From a virus: a stretch of 64,000 bases of DNA. The translations under genes and the position numbers were made by a program. Below are positions 37,758 through 47,729 of the stretch, one piece after another. Position 1 is the first letter of the stretch; each line of letters opens with the position of its first letter. The stretch covers positions 1-64,000 of IMG/VR virus record IMGVR_UViG_3300003873_000002. One strand, 5' to 3'. The notes under the pieces are model-generated. The model saw nothing but the letters and a program-made list of their open reading frames with translations, was not told the origin of the DNA and did no database searches.

Positions 37758-40298
37758 ATGGGAAGCGCAAAAATTATCTTTAAAGTGCAGGATAGATCAG
37801 CTATTGTACCATCATTAGATGGGGTATATGCAGGTATCACTGTAGTTTCAAAAAAAGGAGAGGTGAATACACCTCATTTAGTAACAAATGTAAATGAGTT
37901 AATTGATTTATATGGCACACCAGAACCAAGTTTCGGTACTTCTATGTATTCTGCATTAACTTATTTAACTGAAGGGAACAAATTATGGGTGACCAGAGCA
38001 GCACACGATGACGCCACCTTTTCATCATTAGTTGTCCGTTCTAAAATCAAGCCAGTTACAACTGACGCAACGATGCCTCTATCAAGTGAGTCAATTATTG
38101 TAAAACCTACGGGTGGGCTTACTAAAAATGATATTGATAGTTATTCATTTAATATCTACTCAACAAACAAAGTTTACGAAAAACAAAATTCAAAAATCAA
38201 AGATACATATACAAACACTAAGCGCATTTATGTTGACAGTTTGGGCTCTATTGTAGCTGGGTCAATGGTGTCATTTACAAATAAATCATTAGAGGCTTTA
38301 AATAACCCTAATGATACAACGGGTGAAGACGAAGCAACATATAAAGTTGTTGGGACAGGCGTTGATTCATTGCGTCTTGAAAAAATTTCAATCGATACAG
38401 CAATTACTGTCAAAAAAGGTGTTGAAATTTTCCAGGTAGATGACCAAGGTAAATTATTACAAATTACAGGAAACCCAACTGTAACGCGTGATGCAACGAA
38501 TGCAAAAACATTAATTTGTAAAAACACTGACTACTTAAAGCCGGGTGAAAAAATTTCAATCGATGGCACCGTTGTTATTTTCAATAAAAAATCTACGCTT
38601 GTTGAAGAATCTAGTTATATGGATTTCGCTGATTATATGTCAGTTTCAAAAAACAGCTCAGTATTTGTTGTTGTACATAGCGAGTTCGAAGAAAGAGATA
38701 ATTTATTAATCACTTCTTTGACACCAGGTGTATGGGGTAATAAAATCTCAATTGCTATTACACCCAGTAGAGATTATGCAAATGCATACAAAATAGTCGT
38801 TTACTATGATGGTATTCACGTTGAAACATGGGAAGTTACAAATGAATCATTCTTAGATGGTTTTGGCAAACAAATGTATGTTGAAGACCGCATCAATGGT
38901 TACTCTTCATATATCAATGTCGTACATAATACCGCGGATGTTGATGATAATAATGTTCCCAAAACACCATTATATACTTCATATAGCCTATGGCGTAAAA
39001 ATCCTGTAAGAGTTTTTGTTGCTACCACGAACCAAACAGTTGAAAATATTCTTGATTCTGGTAACCAAAGAGAGGTCCAATTAAACGCAGTTGATTCAAT
39101 TGATATAGGTGACTCAATTAAGTTCATGTTGTCATCTGGCAAATTATCAAAAGAATACAAAATCATGTCAATCGATGTTCCAAATACTTCATTAATTTTG
39201 GATAGACCTTCAGAAGATAATATAGCTATCGGATCGGTGTTATATTTCTTTAATACGAATAATACTAACAAGCCAGCTGGTATTGTTAATGGTATTCAAA
39301 ACTATGCAATCAAAGAAATCGACAGTGTTTTCTATAACTACCAAATGAATAAACCATTTGATATCAGTGGTGAGCATGGAGTTTTACTTGATGCAGGTGC
39401 TAACATGTCAACAGGTGGAAGCTTTGGTAGTACAGTAACAGTTTCTGATCTTATTACTGCTTTGAATACGTTATCAAATCGTGAAAATACACCAATGCAG
39501 CTATTAATGGATGGTGGTTGGACAACACCAGCATTTGCACAGGCGTGTCAAAGAGTTGCGGAATCACAGGGCATGTGTCACGCATATATCTCAGTTGACC
39601 CCAGCGCAGAGTTTAGCAACAACTATAAGAAAGCTATTGTAGACTATAAAGCATCAACCGGATTAAACACACATCTTTGTTCTATTTTTACTGGATGGGT
39701 TAAATATCTTGATACATATAACCAAAAAGAGGTTTGGGTATCGCCAGAATCATTTGCATGTGCATCACAATCTTATACTTCACGTAATTTTGAAATGTGG
39801 TATCCAGCGGCTGGTTGGAATAGAGGAAAAGTATCTGCATTAGATGTTGCAGTTAAATTCTCTGAAGGTGATAGAGATTGGTTTGTTGATAATAGAATCA
39901 ACCCAATTAGATATAAGAAAGGATCTGGATTGGTTATTTGGGGTAATGAAACTACATTAGTCAAACCAAGCCCATTACAACTCCGTTCTGTATCAATGTT
40001 GCTAATTGTTATCAAATACGGCCTTGACAAATTATTGGAATTCCAAGAATTCAACCTAGATAACGAGGCTACATGGGGACCACTTGAAACTGCTATCAAC
40101 TCGTTTATGCGCGATGATATCCAAGCCAAGGGTGGTGTATATAACTATAATCTAGCGATTAAAGATATTATCACAAAAGCTGATATTGATAATCGTAGAA
40201 TGCCTGTTTTCTTAGGCATCCAACCAACTATGGACATCAAAGAAATTCCAGTTACATTAGCTATATTCTCATCAGGTGTCGATATATCTATTAAGTAA
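37758..40298 (+). CDS. Tail sheath protein (gp18-like)
   Basis: PGVWGN, WYPAAGWNRG, RINPI, IWGNETT, FNLDNEATW. Confidence 0.95.
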   Translation: MGSAKIIFKVQDRSAIVPSLDGVYAGITVVSKKGEVNTPHLVTNVNELIDLYGTPEPSFGTSMYSALTYLTEGNKLWVTRAAHDDATFSSLVVRSKIKPVTTDATMPLSSESIIVKPTGGLTKNDIDSYSFNIYSTNKVYEKQNSKIKDTYTNTKRIYVDSLGSIVAGSMVSFTNKSLEALNNPNDTTGEDEATYKVVGTGVDSLRLEKISIDTAITVKKGVEIFQVDDQGKLLQITGNPTVTRDATNAKTLICKNTDYLKPGEKISIDGTVVIFNKKSTLVEESSYMDFADYMSVSKNSSVFVVVHSEFEERDNLLITSLTPGVWGNKISIAITPSRDYANAYKIVVYYDGIHVETWEVTNESFLDGFGKQMYVEDRINGYSSYINVVHNTADVDDNNVPKTPLYTSYSLWRKNPVRVFVATTNQTVENILDSGNQREVQLNAVDSIDIGDSIKFMLSSGKLSKEYKIMSIDVPNTSLILDRPSEDNIAIGSVLYFFNTNNTNKPAGIVNGIQNYAIKEIDSVFYNYQMNKPFDISGEHGVLLDAGANMSTGGSFGSTVTVSDLITALNTLSNRENTPMQLLMDGGWTTPAFAQACQRVAESQGMCHAYISVDPSAEFSNNYKKAIVDYKASTGLNTHLCSIFTGWVKYLDTYNQKEVWVSPESFACASQSYTSRNFEMWYPAAGWNRGKVSALDVAVKFSEGDRDWFVDNRINPIRYKKGSGLVIWGNETTLVKPSPLQLRSVSMLLIVIKYGLDKLLEFQEFNLDNEATWGPLETAINSFMRDDIQAKGGVYNYNLAIKDIITKADIDNRRMPVFLGIQPTMDIKEIPVTLAIFSSGVDISIK

Positions 40299-40389
40299 TC
40301 TTAATAAAATATGAATCAAAAATTAGTGGTTATTAATTCCAATAATTCCACTAATTTTGACAATAACAGAAATACTTTAAAGGATTAAA

Positions 40390-40923
40390 ATGAAATATTC
40401 TGCAAATAAAACAAGAAGCGGATTGGGAGAACTCCAAACTACATTACATTGGGATGTCGATGTATCTGGTGGCCCTGCTGGTAAATTCGACGAGAAATTA
40501 TCTATCAGAGTTCAAACAACAACTTTGCCAACCGCAACACATGAATATGTCCCTGTTGAATTACAAGGACATACCGTTAAATATATTGGTAAAACAACAA
40601 AAGCTGGACAAATTCCATGGACATTTGTTGAAGGTACTGACGCGTTAGTAACAAGTTACTTCATTAAATGGGCTCAAAAAGCGTGGGGTGGAGACGGCAA
40701 GGATACCACTGGAAAACAAATTAAAACATCTGAAATGAAAGCAGACATTAAAATGTATTTACGTGGCCCAGATGATGCAATAACACAAACATATACATTA
40801 ATTGGTGCAATGCCATCTATTCCTGAAGGTGCTAGTTTAGCACAGACAGCAGACCCAATGAATGTTACTATCAATTGGGATTATGATGATTTCCATATTG
40901 AAACTGGTAGTGTTAAGTGGTAA
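40390..40923 (+). CDS. Tail tube protein (gp19-like)
   Basis: 177 aa after sheath; YTLIGAMP, WDYDDF. Confidence 0.88.
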   Translation: MKYSANKTRSGLGELQTTLHWDVDVSGGPAGKFDEKLSIRVQTTTLPTATHEYVPVELQGHTVKYIGKTTKAGQIPWTFVEGTDALVTSYFIKWAQKAWGGDGKDTTGKQIKTSEMKADIKMYLRGPDDAITQTYTLIGAMPSIPEGASLAQTADPMNVTINWDYDDFHIETGSVKW

Positions 40924-40987
40924 TCTAATTTGTTTATAATTTATAATTAATTTATAATTAATTTATAATTTATTACAATTATTTTAT

Positions 40988-41011
40988 AGAGGCGCGTTGC
41001 GCCTCTTTTTT
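40988..41011 (+). terminator. Rho-independent terminator
   Basis: AGAGGCGC-gtt-GCGCCTCT then T-run. Confidence 0.85.
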
Positions 41012-41074
41012 ATGCAAAAAATTAATTACGCTTATTTATTAAATATTAGTATAATAAAAATACATGGTTTAAAA

Positions 41075-41599
41075 ATGGCAAGGTACACATCCAATCAACT
41101 TAGAAACTTTGAAGTAGACAATTCATCTAATTGGGTCGTTTCATTTACCAGCGGTAATCAATACGTTAATATAAATAATTTAAATACTATAGCAAAACGT
41201 TTTGTGCCAGCTATTGACGTTGAATTTAATAACATTGATATCAATAAAGAATCTTTGATGCTGGGTCACGGTGTTTCATATGAATACACCACTCATATCA
41301 AACCAACGAGAACGATTACAATGACTGTTTTTGATGATACAGACAGAAAAATCCGCAATGAAATTATATCATGGGCAAATAATATACACCCTAAAAGTGA
41401 TAATGGGACAAGAGCACCAAATATGTCTCAAATTAAAAAGTTTGCCACAGTTATGAATATACATAGAATAGTTGGTGGGGAAATTGTAGACAAAGAAAGC
41501 TATAATGTGGTTCCAGATGGTAATATATCATTTAGTGGCAACCAAGAGTTTAATGCAATGTCAATACCACTTGTTTTCTTAGTGGTGGGTAAAATTTAA
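41075..41599 (+). CDS. Tube-like baseplate/tail initiator (gp54-like)
   Basis: ITMTVFDD..W pattern of tube fold; position. Confidence 0.55.
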   Translation: MARYTSNQLRNFEVDNSSNWVVSFTSGNQYVNINNLNTIAKRFVPAIDVEFNNIDINKESLMLGHGVSYEYTTHIKPTRTITMTVFDDTDRKIRNEIISWANNIHPKSDNGTRAPNMSQIKKFATVMNIHRIVGGEIVDKESYNVVPDGNISFSGNQEFNAMSIPLVFLVVGKI

Positions 41600-41643
41600 A
41601 TGCTCAAAATAGATGTGAAATGAGAGGAAGTGAGAGGAAGTGA

Positions 41644-42372
41644 ATGAAAACGGCAGAATATAAATCAGAAAAAACCAACAAAATGCATGAATATGTTGTT
41701 ATTGATCAACTACCATCGGGTTTTAGATCATATAATAATATTAAACATGTGTATGTGCGTGGGTTATTTTATGAAGAAGTGTTAGCTCTTTCTAAGTATA
41801 TTGGTGACGGTGATGCACCATTAGCACAGCTGGCAAATATTTATAGTGATGTTATTAAAGGTATTGATATCTATGATTTGGAGATAATCGACTTTACTGC
41901 ATTATTATCAATTAGTTCCGTATGGACTTCAGATTCGTTTGGTTGGACACCAAATATCCCATGTGCATGTGATGGGTGTGATGGAATTATTACTAGTAAG
42001 ATTATATTAGATGATTTTGATTTCAGTGACCCCGTTATCAAAGCAAATATCCCATATAATATAGGTGGCAAGGATGTACTTATTGGACCGATTACAGTTG
42101 GTGATGAAATTGAAAAAAATAGATATCTAGAAGGCCATGAAGATATACACAAAAATATCATGACATTTGCTCTTATGATTAAATCCAATGAAATGGATTT
42201 AGAAGAAAAGATAGATGCTATTAGGTTCGCGGATCCAATACAAATAAAAGAAATATCTGAACTTGAACGCGAATTGTTTATTTCAATTAAACCAGTAATC
42301 AAAAAATGCCCTAAATGTGGCCACGAAAATAAGGTATATGTTGGGCTCGATAAAATTCGAGCCTTTCCCTAG
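41644..42372 (+). CDS. Baseplate hub / tail assembly chaperone (gp26-like)
   Basis: LPSG, CxCxxC and CPKCG motifs, PITVGDE; upstream of tape measure. Confidence 0.75.
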   Translation: MKTAEYKSEKTNKMHEYVVIDQLPSGFRSYNNIKHVYVRGLFYEEVLALSKYIGDGDAPLAQLANIYSDVIKGIDIYDLEIIDFTALLSISSVWTSDSFGWTPNIPCACDGCDGIITSKIILDDFDFSDPVIKANIPYNIGGKDVLIGPITVGDEIEKNRYLEGHEDIHKNIMTFALMIKSNEMDLEEKIDAIRFADPIQIKEISELERELFISIKPVIKKCPKCGHENKVYVGLDKIRAFP

Positions 42373-42508
42373 TTTTGTTTATAAAGACGTCCTTATTTTA
42401 GAAACTATTTGGTTAAAAAATTTCCACACAAATATTCCATTAAAAAGACCGTATAGGGATATAGTAAACAATCTTAAAGTATATAAAAAAATGAAGGATG
42501 AATCGTGA
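42365..42508 (+). CDS. Likely +1 frameshift extension of the chaperone (G/GT-type second ORF)
   Basis: +1 frame open across TTT-CCC-TAG; no good independent RBS/ATG; ends overlapping the tape measure start. Confidence 0.55.
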   Translation, partial: FPSFVYKDVLILETIWLKNFHTNIPLKRPYRDIVNNLKVYKKMKDES

Positions 42509-45255
42509 ATATAACATCTTTGGTTGAAAAAGAAAATAAAAAAATTGATGATTTCTTAAAAGGATCATCAAAAAATATTGCACATGATATGCCTGATGAA
42601 AATAAAAACACATCTGAGGTTGATAGTGTGTTGGATAAAATTTCTAGACAAGATGTTTATATTGAAGATACACTGAAATTTCTAAAAGACGACAATCACC
42701 CAATTGTCACAAATATTTTGCGTGATATCAAAAATGAGTTGCATAATACAACGGTCAAAACTGATAGAAATACACCAACAAATAATAATATAACGAACCT
42801 AAATACCATAAATAGTGATGATATTAAGTCGCTGTCTGAAATTGGTGATAATGTTGCTGATAATGCTACTGATAATGAATCAAACAATAAATTCAAGTAT
42901 CTAAAAGAATTTGAACAAATCCTTAAAGATTTTACAAAAAATATAAACGATAACCATTTTCTTAATAAGACAGAAAAGCAGTATGCTATTAAAACAGCTA
43001 ATAGCACACTAAATAAAAAAGACATAGAAAATATCAAAAGCACAATAGAACATATTGTAAATGATAGACAGTTTATCGTTAGGAATGTTGAAGCCATTAA
43101 AAAAACTATTCCAAATACATCTAAACTGTCGGCTACAACCGCTACAACAGCTACAACAGCTACATTAAAAAATGATTATAATATAGATTTCAAGCACATG
43201 GATGATATTGTAATTCAAACATTTATAGATGGGTTTGAACATGTTAAATCTGAATATTTAAAAGAGATTAAAAAAATCCCGAAAGACAAATTTAAAGAAT
43301 TAGAATTAAATGGATATACAGCTTTAAATAAGCGTTCGTTGGACAATCAAACAAATACACAAACAAATACACAAACAAAATCAACAATTGATAGATTAAA
43401 CAGCGAAAGAAAAGAAAAGGAACGAGCTGAATATGAAAGAAAAAACATAGAAATATTAGAACACATATCTAATAACGAAAATAATACATCCAATACAACC
43501 AATACAACCAATACAACCAATACAACCAATACAATCCGTGAATCTGATGAAAACATTGGGAGTTATATTGTTAGTAAAATTGGTATTGCAATTGAAAATA
43601 CAGGAATTGATAAGAAAATCGGTGACGCTATAAATAGCCAAAAATCAAAAGCTAAAGATAGTGTGGATGGGTTTATTAACCATTATATGCCGAAGAATGT
43701 AAGTGATATCATACATAGCCAACAGTTGACTGTTAATAATGACAACAATAGTGATATTATTGATCAAAACGACCAAAACGATACTAATACCATCGAACCA
43801 AATGCAGAAGTCAACGATTCCAAGGAAAATAGAGACAAACGAAAAAAACACCGTGAAGAATTAAAAAGCCAAAAAAAATTAGAAAGCGAAATACAGAAAA
43901 AAGAATTTAAACACGATAATAAAATCCAAAAAGCAAATGTAAAATATGACGAAAATATAATAAATAAGCTCGACGAAATTAATAAAACACTGGAGGACGT
44001 TATAACTGCTATATATGTATCAGGTGGTTCAAGTAGTTTGTTGCCTGATAATTTTGGTGGACGGAGTGAGAAATCAAAGAAAGGGAAACCACAAAAAGGC
44101 AAAGGTAGCATAAAACCAGGATCAAAACGGGGTATGTTTACTAGAGGAGCAAAGAGCTTAATTCACTCTGATATGGCTAAATCGTTAGTAACTAAAGCTG
44201 GCTCGTTGTTGACAGTGGGTGTTGGTGCTTATGATTATGCAACAGCTAACAATGACAATGAAAGAATAGATGCTGTTTCAACAACCGGTGGTGTACTTGC
44301 AGGTGCATCCGCAGGTGCTGCAATCGGATCAGTTGTGCCTGTAGTTGGCACATTTATCGGTGGTGTAATTGGGGGAATAGTTGGTGGTTATGGTGGTTCA
44401 CTTCTAGGAGATCAATTTAAAAACCCTGAAGATATAATCCCAGACGAAATAACAGCAAAAGGTGCCCCTGCAGAAATATCTTATATTGATAATATTATTA
44501 TACCAGAAATCGAAAAAAGTTTAGCAACAAATGATGGTAAGTACTCTAAAAAAGATCTCGCTGAAATAAATAAATATAAAAACAGTCTTTTAAAAAAAGC
44601 AAAACCAGAATTTGAGGATATGTTATCCAAAGCCGGTTTATCCAATAAAGATGAAAAAACCAAATTAAATTTCATTTTAGATAATATCGCACCATTAAAA
44701 AATACAGACACAGTGGCATATAAAACATTTGCACAAGCGGCTGTGGATATTTACCATGGTGATGTTGTCAGTGGCAATAAAAAGGGAAATGGTTTTGTTG
44801 CTGTTAATAACCCAATTAAGAATATTTCAAAAACATTAAGCACCCAATACGATAAAACCAAACAAGAGTATAGCACAAATAATACGAATAATACAAATAA
44901 TACAAGCAGTGCGAGTAATCCAGACAATACTTATATACCACACGATATAGACGTTAAACTAGATTCATATATTGGTAGTGGGATTGATAAACCTGCTTTA
45001 TTGTCAACTGTTGTACCAGAAGCCACACCAGATATGATAAATAAAAAACTTGGCATAAATATAAATAAAAACAGTATTATGAAACCTAGTGCACCAAAAT
45101 TTGATGTTAATATTAAACGAGATGAAAACCAAAGCGGTGGAACAACAATTATAAATAATAATGTGCAGCCTGGTGGTGGATCAATACAAACAACCGACCC
45201 AAAAACAAACCGTGTCACCAACGCGGGCGTAAATTTATTATCATATATGATGTAA
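42505..45255 (+). CDS. Tape measure protein
   Basis: 916 aa, coiled-coil and low-complexity regions, Gly/Ala-rich hydrophobic segment GAAIGSVVPVVGT; follows chaperone. Confidence 0.8.
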   Translation: MNITSLVEKENKKIDDFLKGSSKNIAHDMPDENKNTSEVDSVLDKISRQDVYIEDTLKFLKDDNHPIVTNILRDIKNELHNTTVKTDRNTPTNNNITNLNTINSDDIKSLSEIGDNVADNATDNESNNKFKYLKEFEQILKDFTKNINDNHFLNKTEKQYAIKTANSTLNKKDIENIKSTIEHIVNDRQFIVRNVEAIKKTIPNTSKLSATTATTATTATLKNDYNIDFKHMDDIVIQTFIDGFEHVKSEYLKEIKKIPKDKFKELELNGYTALNKRSLDNQTNTQTNTQTKSTIDRLNSERKEKERAEYERKNIEILEHISNNENNTSNTTNTTNTTNTTNTIRESDENIGSYIVSKIGIAIENTGIDKKIGDAINSQKSKAKDSVDGFINHYMPKNVSDIIHSQQLTVNNDNNSDIIDQNDQNDTNTIEPNAEVNDSKENRDKRKKHREELKSQKKLESEIQKKEFKHDNKIQKANVKYDENIINKLDEINKTLEDVITAIYVSGGSSSLLPDNFGGRSEKSKKGKPQKGKGSIKPGSKRGMFTRGAKSLIHSDMAKSLVTKAGSLLTVGVGAYDYATANNDNERIDAVSTTGGVLAGASAGAAIGSVVPVVGTFIGGVIGGIVGGYGGSLLGDQFKNPEDIIPDEITAKGAPAEISYIDNIIIPEIEKSLATNDGKYSKKDLAEINKYKNSLLKKAKPEFEDMLSKAGLSNKDEKTKLNFILDNIAPLKNTDTVAYKTFAQAAVDIYHGDVVSGNKKGNGFVAVNNPIKNISKTLSTQYDKTKQEYSTNNTNNTNNTSSASNPDNTYIPHDIDVKLDSYIGSGIDKPALLSTVVPEATPDMINKKLGININKNSIMKPSAPKFDVNIKRDENQSGGTTIINNNVQPGGGSIQTTDPKTNRVTNAGVNLLSYMM

Positions 45256-45331
45256 TTATCATTTATTATTTACCATAAATTATCAATATTAATCAATATT
45301 AAACAATATTAAACACAAACGAGGGATACTA

Positions 45332-45961
45332 ATGAATCTTCAAAATGATGGTATAGGGCATGATGATATAGCCACAATAGTTGCGGCGGGCGCCTCACCG
45401 AGAATAAATATATCTGGTATAATTGAATCTGGAAGTAATTTATCCATGGCAACAAACGCAGAATATAATGGTGATATCATTAGTGAGGGAGCAAGTGCAG
45501 CTAAAAATATTATAGCAGCAAAAACAGGGTTGAGTGGATTGGTGAATGCTGCAGGAAATAGTGTTAAAAATGTTGTTTCAACAAGAAAAGGATATCTTGG
45601 TGGTGATGGTGGTGATTTTAGTATAACAATTTTATTTTTCCTTGGCATAAAAGAATGTGGAAATTTGAGTGACTATAAGCCAGTCATTGATAGTCTTTCA
45701 AAACTCACACTACCAAAGATTGGTGTATCTGGTATCATGCAGTCAAATATATATCATATGCAAAATCGTTTAACATCTAAATTAATACAAGTATCTTTGG
45801 GGAGTTGGTTCGCAGCAGATGGTTTATTTTGTAAATCAGGGTCATTTGATTTCTCACCACACAAAGATATGAATGGAAAACCATTGTTTATGAGATGGAC
45901 TGGGTCGTTTGAGTACAAAGAAGCACCAACCGCAGAAATTATTTCAGGGTGGTATTTATAA
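45332..45961 (+). CDS. Baseplate protein (gp48-like)
   Basis: LTLP..VSLGSWF..F.GKP pattern; position. Confidence 0.6.
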   Translation: MNLQNDGIGHDDIATIVAAGASPRINISGIIESGSNLSMATNAEYNGDIISEGASAAKNIIAAKTGLSGLVNAAGNSVKNVVSTRKGYLGGDGGDFSITILFFLGIKECGNLSDYKPVIDSLSKLTLPKIGVSGIMQSNIYHMQNRLTSKLIQVSLGSWFAADGLFCKSGSFDFSPHKDMNGKPLFMRWTGSFEYKEAPTAEIISGWYL

Positions 45962-46266
45962 TGTCTAATATTTTTAATCAAAGCAAATTTTTTGTATACA
46001 ATAATGAACTAGGTATCTATGATTATTTAGCAAATGACTTTATTTCAAAAATAAAAGAATTGCCTGTTTTGTCTGTAGTAAATACAAATAATCGTATTTT
46101 AGATGAAATAGCACACGATGAGTTAAATAATATTGATGTGTGGTGGATACTGGGTATTTACAACGATATTGTGGACCCAATTAATATCAAAAGAACAACG
46201 ATAAATATACCAGACATTTCACATATCACTACACTTCTATTAAAATATATTGAAAGTAATACATAA
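45961..46266 (+). CDS. Baseplate wedge protein (gp53-like)
   Basis: LDEIA...WWILGIYNDIVDP...INIP. Confidence 0.8.
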   Translation: MSNIFNQSKFFVYNNELGIYDYLANDFISKIKELPVLSVVNTNNRILDEIAHDELNNIDVWWILGIYNDIVDPINIKRTTINIPDISHITTLLLKYIESNT

Positions 46267-47372
46267 TGCAAATAACAGAACAAGTTTTTTTAAAAATATT
46301 TTTTGGTGATAAAGAAATAAGTATAAATGATTTTGAAAGCCTGGTTATAATTCAGGAGGCTGGTTTAATTGTGCCAACTTTCGAAATGCAACTAAAACAG
46401 ATGGATTATTCGTGGTACAAGTTACTAAAAAATAATACACCAATAGAGATTATTGTTGGTAAAGATATAGACACTGCAGAAAAACATAAATTTATTATCA
46501 TAGATTATAACTATTTTGAAAATAATAATGGATTAAACCTTTTATTATCTGGGCTCCTTGATGTGGTAGAATTCACCAAAAAGCCAAAGATAAGGGCGTT
46601 TGAAGGCAATACATCAGAAGTCGCCGCTTCAATAGATACAGTTAAAATGAATATAGACTATAAAGGTAATGACAAGCAAGTTTGGATTCAACATAATATA
46701 ACAGATAAAAAATTCCTGGAAAATATTGTGGACCATTCATATATCAGTGACGATGATTTTGTGATGTCCGCAATCAATATAAATAAAGAAGTCACATTAA
46801 GGTCAGCAAAAAAGGCAGTTACTAACAACAAGAAAAATATTATAAATTTTTCAACGAACCAGACATCAGAAAGTGATGTTTTTGAAATGGATTCATTTGA
46901 AATAGGTTCAGAATCTGGTGTGTGGTCATACCAACTTTCAGACAATAGAACACAACCTGTTCTAGCAATAAATGATAGAAATATATCTGTTTTAGATTTT
47001 AACACCAAATCCATAAAAAATAATAAATCATATAATGAAAATATTTCTGGTGTACAATTCCCCACTCGCTTTGATATGGGGAATTGCCATGATAAATTTA
47101 ACTTTGCGAAAATAAATAATTTAAATAAGGCTGTATTATTTTTTAGGAATAAGGTTATAACTGGGTCCAGTCAATATTTTTTTCAAACAAACAAGCTTAA
47201 ATTATTAGATACAATTAATTTTATGGTAGAGGACAGTGATGATAATTTAAACAATACAACTGAAGTGTTATCTGGTAATTATATATTATCAAAAATAACA
47301 ATGAGTTTTACATCAAGTAAAGGGTTCTACCAGCAATTTGAGATGTATCGTGATTATGAGTTGGATATATAA
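46266..47372 (+). CDS. Baseplate hub protein (gp27-like)
   Basis: LSGNYILSKI ending; position before gp5. Confidence 0.65.
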   Translation: MQITEQVFLKIFFGDKEISINDFESLVIIQEAGLIVPTFEMQLKQMDYSWYKLLKNNTPIEIIVGKDIDTAEKHKFIIIDYNYFENNNGLNLLLSGLLDVVEFTKKPKIRAFEGNTSEVAASIDTVKMNIDYKGNDKQVWIQHNITDKKFLENIVDHSYISDDDFVMSAININKEVTLRSAKKAVTNNKKNIINFSTNQTSESDVFEMDSFEIGSESGVWSYQLSDNRTQPVLAINDRNISVLDFNTKSIKNNKSYNENISGVQFPTRFDMGNCHDKFNFAKINNLNKAVLFFRNKVITGSSQYFFQTNKLKLLDTINFMVEDSDDNLNNTTEVLSGNYILSKITMSFTSSKGFYQQFEMYRDYELDI

Positions 47373-47702
47373 ATGATTAATAAATATAAATTACATAATA
47401 TAATATTAAATAGTTTTGAACTCGAAGGTGAGTACACCGGTATAGTTGTTGATACAAAAGACCCTGGTTTTAAAAACGATGGTAAACCACTTTCACGGGT
47501 TAGAGTAAGTATCCCCGAGCTAACAGATGGCATAGCGACTGATAAATTACCATGGTATTTGATCAGACAAACTGTTAATGATAGTCCTAACTCGCAGTCA
47601 AAAATTCCACCAGTGGGAAGTAGTGTTGTAGTGACATTTCCAGATAAAACAATATATAACGGTGTTGTTAGTTATATGATAGTTTCTCATCCACCAAGAT
47701 AA
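47373..47702 (+). CDS. gp5/VgrG-like N-terminal OB-fold, stand-alone
   Basis: YTGIVVDTKDP..RVRVSIP..LPW..IPPVGSSVVVTF. Confidence 0.85.
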   Translation: MINKYKLHNIILNSFELEGEYTGIVVDTKDPGFKNDGKPLSRVRVSIPELTDGIATDKLPWYLIRQTVNDSPNSQSKIPPVGSSVVVTFPDKTIYNGVVSYMIVSHPPR

Positions 47703-47729
47703 AATACTAAAAGAGAGATAAAATTACGA

